Source: Lingula anatina (taxonomy: Eukaryota; Animalia; Brachiopoda). From it: a DNA stretch of 64,000 nucleotides. Within the stretch, counting starts at the first letter, position 1, and every line of letters starts with the position of its first letter. The position numbers and the translations under genes are program-made. Below the pieces are notes generated by a model that saw only the letters and a program-made list of their open reading frames with translations, was not told where the DNA came from and ran no database searches. The DNA lies in NCBI GenBank assembly GCA_051362555.1, contig CM120641.1:36338401-36402400 (forward strand), in the 5' to 3' direction. Shown here piece after piece: positions 1 through 51,625 of this stretch.

Positions 1-1089
1 ATATTGGTGCTAAGGTTACAGTTCAGTTTTATGACTGCGTATGAACAGTGGTATCACTTGCAGAGCATGTTTCATACCATATGTTCATAGCTTTATTACA
101 TTAAAAATGCTCATTTAACAAATCCCTATGATGTAACAAAGAGAAATTCATGTTTTGATGTTAACTAGCTGTTGGAAAACTTACAAACCCTGAAAGAAAA
201 ATAGCCCCAATGAAAGAAATTGTCTGTAAGTTGATGGAAATCTGGGAATGCTTCTGTGTATTGCATCTGTGGATTGAAACAGCCTTTCAGACCTTTGTAC
301 ATTTGTAGAGATGTAGAAAAATGTATATTTTGTTTATATTTGTAAATATCAGACTATTAAAACTTTTATAGCCTTGGAGTTGTAATTAAGTTACAATGGA
401 CAGAAGTTGTTTAGTGTATGTAGTTGCTTTATATGAAAATTTATTCACCTTCCTGATGTTAAAGATTTTATGAAATACAACCAAAGCTTAGTATCCATTG
501 TAGAGTAATGAATAGGACATCCTTTCCTGCTGAACAAAAAAAATGCATTTCACACTGAAAACAATTTAGACTATAGTAACCAGAAAACTTAAATGTACTT
601 CTTTCTAGGCTCTTTTACTCCAGGTATAAATTTATATTTTTTAGATTGAGCTAAGATTGTAGATAAATGGCAAAAGAAAGTAGAATATTCTATGTTATTA
701 TCAAAAACATAGGGTTTCTATACATTGTGAGTAGCATTAACCATCCATTTTGATGCCAAGTAGGGTCCGTACGACTAAGCATTATATTATTGTGACTTGT
801 TAACCATTAATTAAGTTTATAAATCCAGATAGTAGCACAAGCATCACCTATAACAGCATTAAAAAATAGCAGTTCTTTATGTAATTGGTAGTTATGTTAT
901 TATTTATCTTGCTAAAATTGTTGTCTCGGAGGTTATTTCTTCCAATAGCCAAAATGTTTTATAGGTAGTCCTAAAGTTAATATATGAGCACGTTATAAAT
1001 GGAAAAAAAGAGGCATTCTGTGTATATTCAGAGACAAAACTTGAAGGAAAACATAAGCAAATATTTGTAATAAACAGCTGAAGAAATAC

Positions 1090-1395
1090 AGGGTGTCCCT
1101 TTGTTGTTTGGAGTAAGAAATTAATTTTATTGAATTTTTTCAAAATAAAATTTTAAGAAAAGATGTTGTTTAAAAAAACGATTCTGGGAACCAGAAACAA
1201 GTGTACATTTTCGAAAAACGAACCTGGGAACAAGAAACTGTTTTCTTTTTTTTAAACGATTCTGGTAGCCAGAAACTAGTGTCGTTTTTCAAAGAAACGA
1301 CTCTAACGCTGAAAAACCAGAATTGTTTTTGCGGTGGGAGACGAGTGGATGGAGGAAAAGGCGACTGGCGATTAGCATTTATGTTCAGGATCTCA
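1090..1395 (+). repeat. Interspersed repeat copy with internal AAACGATTCTGG..CCAGAAAC subrepeats
   Basis: Diverged reverse-complement match to 9240-9465. Confidence 0.75.
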
Positions 1396-4300
1396 AAACA
1401 AAATTGGACATTTAAAATTGTTTTATTGATATTTCCCCACATCTTAACAATTTTGTTAGTTGATCATATAAAAATGAAAGTAAATGGGTTATTTTGTGTT
1501 CCAAATGGCACCGTTCGCCCTCCAAAACACGCGGTGCTGCTCTATTGACAGAGGCTTCCTCACAGGCCATCTTGCATAGCATAGTCGGGGCACTGGTTTT
1601 GTTTAATTGACTGAAGTTTTCCTTATGAAATATATCAGTACGGTGCATGCATGTTTTTCTTCTTTTCAATTCGGTTAAAATACACAATCTGCTAAGCTAC
1701 CGAATGCAGCAGAGAAGATCATTTCTGTTCCCCTCCAGATGGAGCTATAGGACGGGTTGGTTTGTCAAACCTGGCAAAAACTGCTCAGATTGCAGCATGC
1801 AGTAGACCATATAAGGATAGCCAGTGACCTGCATAATGTCATTTTGTCATTACTTTAGGGTGTGTAAGGGTCTGACGCTTAATTTAATTGATTTAATCTA
1901 GTGTATTTTGAAATATGCGAGAAACAAAATCTTCCTGTGCATAACAATTTTAGTACATTGTTTATCAAATTTTGCCCGTCAAATTATGGTAATTGATAAA
2001 TAGAAAGAGTGATCACCTAGCTCTTCCTGCCTCCTACCCCAATGGATAATTCGAAACCTGAACCCTTGGAAGAGTAGTCACTTCTTCAGTTCTGAGTGAC
2101 CAGGATTTGGAATCGAGGCGGTCATGGACAGGATACTAAGTATATGGATATTTCAGTTTTAACCGATTCAACGCAAAGTTCTGAGATGATGGTTTTAGGT
2201 ATTTGTCGAAACTTATTTTTGATGCATTCAAGAAATGTGTTTGACGCCTGCATGTTGAACACTGGGTTTTGCCATTCTCCAATATTTTCCCCAGGTGATA
2301 TTTTGTGTCCTCCACATGGCGTACCTCATGACAGTGAAAATTGTAGTTGTGCCTCATGTTAACTACAAAGAATTTAAACTACATCGTTAGAATTTGGTAG
2401 TGTCAGTAAAGTTTCACATGCGAAATAGTCCAAATGGGGAAAATTCTGTGGAATGGCCCTTTTAAAGTTTGGCTGTTGAAATTTAGTGAGTGGTTTTAAA
2501 ATTAGGTGTCATAATTATAGTACAGCAAAATAGTCACAATTGAAAATTAAAGAATAGGATAAAGGTTTAGTGATATACTTCCATTTCTAATTTTGGCATG
2601 ATATTACAAATAATACCATAATATGTAATATTTTGATCCAATGAAGTATGTGACCTATTTAACAGTTACACTGCTTTCTACGTGACTGATTACGAAAGCA
2701 GCCATTTCAAGGCATATGGGGCGACTTGCTAGCGCCAATTTGCAAGTAATGCTTTCAAGAGCGTAATTTTGATATTTCTCATTTATGACTACTGTCAATA
2801 TCACGCTGTCTAATCAAAACGCTCTGTCCAAAGCAATATTACTTCCAAATTTTAGTCTTTTGTTAAAAAAATCAAAACTTGTTTTATTTCGCCAAAGAAT
2901 AAAACTGCCCCTCATGCCTTTAAACATTTTTACTATGATTATTAGACTTAGCTTGCTCCGTGGCTTTTGTAAAACTATTTGCCTTATTCTTCAGCAAGGC
3001 AGCAAGTTGTGACTTGACGTTTATTTCCATGCAAATATATAATGCTCAAAAATACGAAAAAACTTGTTTTTCTATTCCAGGAAAACTCGCAAATGAAGCT
3101 CAATTTGACCTTTTTTATCAAAAGACGAGAAAATAAGCTACCTTGAAAACTCTGTTGGTGATTTATGTTATGTTTCGTGTCCTTTAAAATGCTTTGAAGT
3201 CATTGACAAAATTGTATCAAAAGACTAAAAATTTTCGTATTTTTTATTTTCTAAATAGCGAGCATTTCACTCGTCACTCGGAAATGAGTTTATTATATTT
3301 TCACTTGCCTCGAACTCCTGGAATTAAAGTCTTAATTTTGAAGGCATGCAATGAGGGTTAGACCTCTAATAAAGCACAAAAATACAAATCTGCAAATTTA
3401 AGCAATTTTCCCTTAAGGTTTACTTTATCCAAAAACCGATTCGAAAACTACGATCCGTTTAGGGTTACAGATTTCTATAATTCTATCGCCACGTGAAATT
3501 AACAAGTCTTTATCTCCATAGCGAGGGTCACTCAAAATTTACTTACTTAGAACTCGTATCTGTATAATCTTTTGAAGCTTGAAAACTTGCTGTCTAGTTA
3601 AGTGAAAAGGGCCACAATCGATCATTTTGTTTGAGTAATGGAGCATAAAAAGTTCACATATTTAAGACTCAATTTTAGAAAATTACATGTAGTTGCAAAC
3701 TGATTTTGGTAATCCAATTCTTCCTGTTAAACTATGCATAAAAGAACACAAATATTAAACGATTATTTTATTTATCTTAATTTGCTCATCTGGATTGTAA
3801 TCTTAATATTACCTAATTTCCTAAAGTTAAGCTTAATAGTATGTGCAATTTTTTTTGTAATTATTTGTTTCTTAGGACTTGCATTTGTGGCATTAATCTG
3901 TTGCACAGATCTCACTCTTGCTTCTCCATTTTGCCTCGGGTTGATAATTATACCTGCTGCAATTACCAAAATGCTTTTTTTCCCCCAATAATCAGTGTCT
4001 CTAGGGGATTATTTTTTTCACATTCCCCAATGAAGTGTATCTTTTATAGTGTATTTGAACGTATCTGTTGCTATTAAATGTTGATTTTTTTTTTTTCACA
4101 AACGGCTTGTGGCAATTTTTTTTGCAAAACATAGCAAATGTGTTTTTTTCCTTCCAAGCAATAACTGTTGGGATTTTATGCCGTATTATATGTAGAAAAA
4201 GCCACATTCTGATAAAAAATTCACAGCACTTTATGGTTAAAATGAAACAAAAACAATGGTAGATACATGGTATTTTGAGAGGTGTCACATTTTGAAAGAG

Positions 4301-4774
4301 TATTTTTGTGACTTTTAAAATTATGTGATATTAGAGTGAGTCTCTTTTTTCCTGCGGTGGTCTGGGGTGGGACAACTACATGTACTACCAGTAAATCTGC
4401 CGTTGTTTTTGTTATTAGTAGCTTATTAGATAGTTTATTTTGTCAAATCAAACTTGAGCGAGTCTTAATGCAGATATCAATATTTTTGTTTTACATATCT
4501 GACTATTCAAAACTTATTGGGATTTAAATATTTTTAAAAATCTTTAACAAGTGAATGTTTAAAAATATGTGAATACATCAATGGCATTTTATTTTGCTCC
4601 AAATAAAATACTTTACAGTTACATGCAAAATGGCTTAGCGTTTTCATTGGCGGGACAAAGTTCTAAGGGTGGGAGTTCGATTCAGGTACTTGAACATATT
4701 AAAATTTTCCAGAAGGGCTCTTAAAATTTCTCTCTCGTTACTATAAGAAGAAAGTCTACCAGGGGAGGGTGGGT

Positions 4775-4848
4775 GGGAACACTTAGGAGAGTGGATAGCA
4801 CGCGCAACTCGGAGTCAGCAGTACCTGGGTTCGATTCCTGGCGTTTCT
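4775..4848 (+). pseudogene. Degenerate tRNA-like sequence / tRNA-SINE head
   Basis: A-box-like TAGGAGAGTGG, B box GGTTCGATTCC at tRNA spacing, partial acceptor stem; anticodon stem does not pair. Confidence 0.5.
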
Positions 4849-4937
4849 GGGTCCAAGCAAATTACCTTTTACTAAAAAATATCAAAACGAGAAATTTGGC
4901 GTCCGACAAGAAGGTCCTGTGACAGATATGAGGCAAG

Positions 4938-4998
4938 TGGAGTCAGTGGCTCAGTAGATAAGACGGCAGAAAAGTAAGCAGGAGATATAGGGTTCGAA
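4938..4998 (+). pseudogene. Second degenerate tRNA-like sequence
   Basis: A box TGGCTCAGTAG and partial B box GGTTCGAA; no cloverleaf. Confidence 0.35.
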
Positions 4999-6578
4999 GT
5001 GATGTAGGAAAAATGAAAATACTTTTGCAAGTTTTTAACGAAATAAAGCATTTGTACGTTTATTACGTCAACATTAATTATTTACAGCATTAAAAATTTA
5101 ACAACAAAAAAAAAAAATGAAAATATAACATTGTATACTCTAAATTAAATTAAAATTTAACTAACAGAAAAAGACGGTATATATCTGTAAATAGAACAAG
5201 AAGATATTATGCACTTTGAACGTTGTTACTAAAAGACGGAATCCTTTGATTTACAAAAAAAAAAAAAAAAAAAAAAGTTCAAGATTGTAACATTTGAAAG
5301 ACTTTGGCAAGAACTGATAACAGAGAAAATGGATTTTTTAAACAAATTGTACTTGACATTTTTTTTGTCAAAGTTCACATTAGTGCCTTGTCTTCCTCAA
5401 ATTCCATCAAAACATTTCCGTTCAAATTCAGAGATTATAACAATTTTTAAAATGCAAATAATCTGCTGTAAGCGTCATTCGTGCACTAACGCACACACTC
5501 ATGTAAGCACACCATGTCCTATGTCGTCTTGTTGATGTTCGCACACCAAATCGAACTGTAGCCAAAATTTCTTTGTTTGTAAAATTTCTGCTTGCTTTGC
5601 CAGTCGATATTTTTTCAAATTTTGTTTTCTATTTGTTTTCTAAATCCTAAAATAAATATCATACGTGACGTAATTGTGGGTGAAAATTTACATTTGCAAA
5701 TCATGGGAATCGTGAGCGACATAAAGATATGGATGGTGTACAAGATTACCCAAGTCTTAGCCAATCAGAATTGTATACTAACAAAACTGAAAAGGTTACG
5801 CAAAAATCAGTGTACTTGAAGCGACTTTTCACATTCAATTAGAATTAACTCTGGTTCTCGGTGTTCAGTGATGACACTAAGCACAAATAACACAACATGG
5901 ACATGCAGGACTGATATATAACTAGTCTTTCTCAACCCCTCCCCCCCTTGATCTAGAAATAAATTAAAATGTATAAGAATACAGAACAACTTTAATTAGA
6001 ACGCTCTTCTGCATATTTTAGGCACGTTTTTTCACTTTAAAAATTCAAACCAAACGAAGTATTAAGGTTTACATACACTTTGGAAGAATATCGAATTTGC
6101 CATTTAGAGGAACAAAATATTTTCAAATAACATTTTAGAATACTCATTACCTCCCAAAAATTGGGCTTTGCGAGTGATTTTTGAAGTACATTGCAAGTGA
6201 TTTTGAAAATTTGGAATGCAAAAGGCAATAAATGTCAGTCCTACAGAAAAATTTCAATGGACAACCGAAATCTAAATGAAGTAAATTTCCCGTTTTTGTT
6301 TTTTGACACTTCTGTTTTGTAATATAACTCCTAAACGGCATATAAATGATTCCAAACCTGGGAAATTTTTGTAGCCAACTATAAGAACAGACGAATCATA
6401 TACACAACAAAGATCTCCATTCTACTACTGCAATATTAAATTAAATTAAAGTAATTATTTCGGATGGCAATCTTTACCCCACTCCATGTTTCAGAAAACA
6501 GATATTAAATCCCCGCCCAGCACTGAAAACACCGAAACCCAGAGGAAGTTTATTCACAGCCACAGTACCATATTCATA

Positions 6579-6820
6579 CAGGGGCGGATCCAGGATCATT
6601 TGAAAGGGGAGGGCGGGGGGTCCGCATATGCGTGGCAGACCCCCCCTCCCCCCTCAGTAAAGGCCCCGAAAAAAATTGGTATTTTAGAAGGCGAATGGTG
6701 ACATTTGGTACCGTTTAGAACTATGATTCAGCTAGTCAAAATTCTAATTTTAAGAGGGGGCCAATGGTGCGTTTTTTTTTTTTTCAGAAATTTTTTTCAG
6801 AAATCCTAAATCCGCCGCTG
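6579..6820. mobile_element. MITE (non-autonomous DNA transposon), superfamily uncertain
   Basis: TIRs CAGGGGCGGATCCAGGAT / ATCCTAAATCCGCCGCTG; flanks ttcata / ttcaca (possible 6-bp TSD with one mismatch). Confidence 0.75.
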
Positions 6821-8390
6821 TTCACAATTGTTAAAGTTCGTTATAGTACATGTGGACAATTCTGCAGTTACATGGGCACATTTTGCCCGTTACAACATTA
6901 TGTTAGGATTTTTAAGGCGTTATACGTTTTATTCAGTGTCTTTTGTAGATTTACATCTCTTCTTCTCTTTGAATACTGAACACACGATAAATGTTATTTA
7001 AAGTTTCCTAGATGCATTTTACGTAATGCAGTTACAATGTCTTTCCTTCCTAGAAGTCAACATCATATAAAATGAATAAGAGAACATCTTGAAGTTGAAA
7101 GCGAGGTATCAAGTTGCAGATTTGCCCACACACGTTTTCAGTGACAAATAAAAAACATTTCCCTCCTTGGAAATTAATATATGATAATTTTAAAACAACC
7201 ACATTATCAATTTTATACAGACATTCTGTTAAATGCGAACTTCAAGTCTAACGTTTCAGGTTCAAAAAGGGGCGGGTATCAACCCCACCCAAAGGTATAC
7301 ATAAATTGCCCTCATAACACCATGATCAGCACTCGACTATGACATAGTAACATATACCAAAAGAAGCAAACCAACAACATGCAGGGTGGACGCTTAGTAT
7401 GGGTTTTTAAATTTCTATGAGAAGTCTCATAAATGAAAAGCTCATTTTATTCGACTTTTAATTTGATATACATTTGGAGCAGAATTTTATAACCAAAAAC
7501 AAACATAACATTCCCACTAAATGTCGCCCCTGCAAATTAATTAGCAGACAAACGTCGGCATAGGAGGCAATCTTGGCATGGGGCTGTATATGTCGAACAC
7601 GAGAGTGTCTCTGAGTAGGACGCTTCTGGTACAATGTATCTTCGTAAACGGTACTTAAGAGTCACTGGAATTAAAGGAATAAATTCACATTCATCAAACA
7701 ATGTCTAAAGATTTGATAAAGCAGTACATGTCCATTACAGAAATTCGTGTCAGTATCCTTTGCGTTATAATTAACAAATCGCAATTAAGCTTTAAAATGA
7801 GGCCTATACAAATATAGGCCTATGTATTTATATTGAACCCTCATGGAAAGCTAATGGTATCAGAAACAAAACGGTGCCCAAAGGACACCGAGGGAAGGCT
7901 AAGAGAAAGTAACCCTTACGTCAGTTAAATGTCCCCATGGCCATTATGCCTAGAGTGCACCATTTCGGGAAAATATCGTCAATGTAAAGGTAACAAATGC
8001 TACAATACATTTTCTATCATCTGTACGGAACTTACGAGATACTACTGCCGGGTTCAGTGCTATCTTTTCGGCCTACATGTGGCAGTAGAAGTAATATGGC
8101 ATGGGACGTCCTTCTTCTCCATCTTCTACTGACCTTGGTCCTGGCTGAGCACCTCTCACCAAAACGCTCACCTGATTTACATAATGTTGAAGAGGTCACC
8201 CACTTTCCGTGCGGACGCTTCGACTTGCATTACAGTCTGGTTTATGAGAAGGCACAAAAATTCTCCTTCTCTTAAATGATGATTAGGGGCTGATAAAGCC
8301 ATAATGACACACACCTACACACACAACAAAAATAAATAACTAAAAATAAAAACGCATTTTCAAAGTCAACATACTTGAGATTGCGTGACT

Positions 8391-8592
8391 CAAGGGCAGG
8401 TTAAGAGAGGGGGTCAGGGCGGTCCTGACCCCCCCTTAAATTTCTATAAAAAATCACACCAATATTCCCCTCTTGGAATTAGAATTTTGACTAGCTGATT
8501 TATAGTACTAAACCGTACCAAATGCCACCGTTCGCCCTCTAAAATACCCAAAATTTTCGGGGCCCTTCAACGGGGGAGGGGGGGAGCGGGGG
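8391..8592. mobile_element. Related MITE copy in opposite orientation
   Basis: 8468-8567 is a diverged reverse complement of 6661-6760; a further short fragment lies at about 1500-1530. Confidence 0.65.
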
Positions 8593-9060
8593 ATATAAAT
8601 CAGCTTTCATAGGTCGAATGAACAAATTGGGGCGGGATTGTGATAGTAAAGACAGGATTTTCATTCAATCTGACGGTAAAGCGTAACCGTAAAGTTATTG
8701 ATATTTTCTTCTTTCTTTTTTTGTTTCTACGTCTTGAAACATACATGGACACTTTTAAAGGAAAACGTTTAACACGTTTAATGAATTTTCCATACGTTTA
8801 CTCTACAGAATTAACATTTTAACTGTCTATGCACGAATAAAACACACATATTAAAACTGAGCAAAATAATTTAAAGAAAAAGTCTATATTTGTATTATAT
8901 CAAGTTTCTCTTGTTTTGAAAATTCTGAAAGAAAACGTTCGGCAAGTTGTTTCATTAAATCACTTTTAGTAACCGTTAATTGCATATAACTAACTGAGCG
9001 AACTTCATAAATAAATCAACAACATGTTGTGTAAAAAACAAATAGTTATTACAAGATATT

Positions 9061-9465
9061 TTAGCGTAGACAACTATCGGTGGTCGTCAGCGCACATCGG
9101 AGAAAGGCCGTAATATTCAGCACAGCTTCCACTGTGAAGGCTTCCAGTGCGCCGTAGACGTCGATCGGCGGTCTTCTCGGTCTCAGCACACGGCGAGGAG
9201 AGACCGTAATATACGGCACACCTTCTGCGGTGAAGGTTACCTGGTCGGAGTAGACGCTAATCACCAGTCGCCTCTCCATCCGTCCACTCCAGTTTCCCTC
9301 GACAAAAACGATTCTGGCTGCTAAGCACGTTTTTGAAGAACGACACTAATTTCTGGTTGCCAGAATCGTTTTTAAGGACACTGGTTTCTGGGCATCAGGA
9401 TCGTTTTTGAAAAATTTCAATGAAATTAAAATTTATATTTCAAACAACAAAGTGAGAAGCAAGGG
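9061..9465 (-). repeat. Interspersed repeat copy, inverted relative to 1090-1395, followed by CpG-rich 72-codon ORF
   Basis: Shared blocks ctttgttgtttg, aaacgattctgg, ccagaaa.tagtgtcgtt, gagtgga..aggcgactgg.gattagc. Confidence 0.7.
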
Positions 9466-9574
9466 ACCCCTTTCCCCGCTTTCTCACTCCCACCCCCACA
9501 CATAAACGATTCTAGCAAATTAATGAAGAAAAAAAAAACATTAGTCTTTAATATATTTTAAGTTAGGTGATTTG

Positions 9575-9646
9575 AAAACAACAGGTAAAACAAAACCAGT
9601 TCTTTGGGCTCTAGTACACAGTATTTTATTACCTGAAGTATTAAAA
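9575..9646 (-). terminator. Distal polyadenylation site of CaMKII with adjacent CPE
   Basis: Minus strand TTTTAAT (9640-9646), AATAAA (9625-9630), then GT/T-rich ctggttttgttttacctgttgttttc; lies at the boundary with the repeat-rich intergenic block. Confidence 0.55.
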
Positions 9647-12472
9647 TGGTCAAGAAAAAAAATCAGCACAAGGGTGATTTTTTAAAGATAATGGCATTCA
9701 ATTACAACAGAGACATGAATAAAAGGATTGAACTTAGATTACGAATACTAACAATGCTACCGATCACCAGTAGCTCACAAATCACTTACTTAATACAATA
9801 GTACAACTTTAGAATTCAAATGATTATTCTGAAAATTGAATCAAAATTAATCAATCTCATGATCTTAACAGTAAATGACTAGCAGTAATTTTCAAGCAAG
9901 GGATTTGTCAATTTATCAACCATGTATGAATGGTAAACAGGCAAACTGTATGGTTTTAGTCTCCCCACAGTGTCTATTCAGACCCAGTTAATTAACTCCT
10001 GCAGCTTGCTTCAAATTTTTAAAGACCAAGATCACAACACACAAAACCAACACCACTAATTCATGATTTTCAATACCATTTTAAAAGTTTAATATTGATT
10101 CTTGATTTCACATTATCTGAATGAACTATCTGCGTAAAAATATTATATGCACTTAAATGCAGGCAGAAATACCTTGCTTTTTGCACAACTTCCATAAACA
10201 ATAATATCTTAAAGTTTTGAAATAAATTTGAATCTATGAACTTCAACTTACTGGAGACAAGATTTATGGCACTAAAATGACAAAATGACTGACCATTGCA
10301 TCAAAAAAGTGACATTATAAATAGTACAAGAAAATGCTACCATAACCTTGTACTTCATTTGTCGCATATAATAATGCCAAAGACTACTTGAGAATTTACT
10401 GAAATGAAAATTACAAGCCACTTCTAAATGTAATTGTTAACATGTTGAAAATTTCACCAGTAACCACCAGTCAATTTACTCACACATAACCACATATCTA
10501 AGTCAGTAAAATAACATTATCTGCCTGTTGAAATCATGAAATCAAGGCGGCATTTTCAAAAAAGCAAATCCACAGCCATTAGAAACTATTATATAATGGA
10601 GAAAACACTTGAAGAAATACCATAATATTCAGTATACATTAATAAGTCTACTACAATACATTTGCATATAATAATGATAAAAAAGGGAATTCCATTCTGC
10701 TTAATTTGTTCTAAATAACATCATTTCAATGCACCAATACATTATTACACTTGGTTTAAGTGAGGGATCCATCTGCCGTCTGGTAACCAAGATAAAATTA
10801 TCCTATCTAGGCATCCAAGTATATCTCTAGGAAAATTTAGAATGATCCTCAAAGTTCAAAGTAACAGTAAAAGTAAGCCTTTTTTTGTATTTCAATTCCT
10901 TAAAGAAATAAGCACTTCAGAAAAGTCCAATTAGTTCGGATTAAATTAAATGGCTTAGTAGTTTTGGCCATGCACAAAACAGATTTTCACAATGCAGAGT
11001 TCATTTAAGTTATTTCTAGAGCTTAAGATGAATGTATTAATTATTCAATTTTTGTAAAATCAAGAAAAACACACGTCAGATCAGCTTATATACATACATG
11101 TTTGTTCTCTTTCTCTTATCCTGTGATACAGCTATGTCAGCATTAGGTTTTTTTTTTCTTTTTGACAAATATCTTGCTACATCTCCATACTCCATGCTAA
11201 TTAAAGAAACATTATTTACATGGTTTAGTCTTTAGTAATAAAAATGCACATAAACATAGCATCATATTATATCCAAGTAATTACAAAATAACCCTTCAAA
11301 CAAATGTCTATACTCCCTTGAAGCTTCATTTCAAACGGTTTCATTATTTGATAACAATCACACCAACAAGCAATAAAAACATCTGTAGGTCTAAGACATT
11401 TAATAAAACAATATTCAAAACAAGAAACAAACCTACCATTTAAGAATACACCAGAAGGCGCAATAAATCCATTCCAATTACTTCTCTGGTTTTTGGTACC
11501 AATTACAAGCGATGTGAGTAACATTTGCAACACCATTATAATCCAAGGTGCAATGTAATGTGTTGTATTTTTTTTTCAACAACCTTTATCACCTGGGAAC
11601 TGTTGGCGTAATCAACACTTCAGAGTAGTTAATGGATACAATAACTGATTACTCACAAGCTAGCCCCAGTTACCTAATTAAATTAATTTGTAGTGCTAGC
11701 CCCTCCCTTTCCTTTAAAGTTGTTAGCAAATTTACCACCTTCTAATGGATTCAGGCATTGCTATAACATTAAACAAAAATTCTTATGTGCACAAACTTCA
11801 TCTATGGTAAATAAAGAGAAAAATATAAATGTAAAGCTATACAAATTTTTGCCTGTGAGCTCAAAGAACATATGGGGAAAATATCACTAGAACAAAATTT
11901 TGGCTTTAAAGTCCTAGATTCATATCCTGTGCAAAGTTTCTAAATGAATTAAAAAGGCATAATAATGTCATCATTTGCAATTGCCCAATTTTATTGCACT
12001 TAATGAGTCAAACATGGTAAGTGACAAGTAGCCTAAAACATTCCTTTGAAACCACTACAGAAAAAAACTTTTAACCATATTTTCATACCTCTGCATCCAT
12101 GTGCTGAATTACAAATGGCATAACTACCTTGATAGTGTTCACTTGCCCTACAAATAGGGGTGCTGTTTACAAAGTATCACATTAAGAAAAGGGGAAATTG
12201 ATCAAGCACTGAGGTAGCAGCATAAACATAAAAAAAAAAAACAACAGAGCACGGACCTAGCAAAAAATTAAAGAAATGAATCTTCAAACTATGCTACAGC
12301 AGTAATTATACTGACTTTGAAAACTCAGTGAATCAGGTTGCTTGCATGAAAAGTTGAAATATAATGCTGAAAACAACCCTTTGCCCTCTTAAGAGGATAA
12401 AAAATTTCATCCAGTTTGAGTTAAGTCTGACATCAACTACAGAGAGAAAATACACCACCACTGCAACTTCTG

Positions 12473-12478
12473 TTTATT
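12473..12478 (-). terminator. Proximal polyadenylation signal of CaMKII
   Basis: AATAAA about 90 nt after the exon B stop, followed by a GT/T-rich tract (gtggtggtgtattttct). Confidence 0.5.
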
Positions 12479-12566
12479 TTTTAGATTTTCACTCCAGTCA
12501 GACTGTCTGGCTCCTGGCTAATGGGACAAGGTTCTTGTGTGTAGTTCTGCGTCCATGTGCAAGTCT

Positions 12567-51097
<38,531 letters not shown>

Positions 51098-51104
<7 letters not shown>

Positions 51105-51160
51105 CTTGAAAATGATTATTGATTGAACCAACGTTCTCGCGCTACTTCGCGAGAGTAGCA
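51098..51160 (-). promoter_or_regulatory. CaMKII start/promoter-proximal region
   Basis: Local CpG enrichment; TCTCGCG..TTCGCGAGA (BANP/Kaiso-type TCTCGCGAGA motif) near 51135-51154; AAGATGGCTGC YY1-like motif overlapping the ATG. Confidence 0.45.
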
Positions 51161-51625
51161 GATCCGGCAGATTTGATAATGTGGAGAAACGTCAGAACAT
51201 TGTAAATAATGAATTACAGCAATGAAAAAGCGATCCATATATTTGTTCTAGTTACTTAAGCTATATTCCAATTTAAAACGTTATGCAAACCAACATTTTT
51301 ATTTTCCTTGTGCATAACCCTACATTCAAGTATCACAAAACTGGTGAAAAAAAAGTTGAACATTGAACATGCATGTAAATTTTTATTTTTCAAACAGGAC
51401 TTTTCAAATGTTCTAGATATACATAGAAAGGTGTACATTTATAGTCTCGTATAATGAAAGCAAAGAAGGACAATTAGATAATCTACTAGTATGCTATTTA
51501 GAATTAAATTTTTAATAGAATAAAATCCATTTGTAGAATACTTCATAATATATGTGAAAGCATTTTTTTTAATATTTATTCTCTTCCTTTGAAAATTAAA
51601 ATATATGTGTGAGACTTTCATAATT

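Noticed and set aside
1-1080. Possible 3'UTR of an upstream gene
   Set aside because: No exon or clear boundary visible in the window.
7900-8290. Minus-strand MYCSICYLYIDDIFPKW resembling a reverse-transcriptase YxDD motif, and overlapping plus-strand ORFs
   Set aside because: Flanked by stops, no other RT motifs in the expected order, and no recognisable family.
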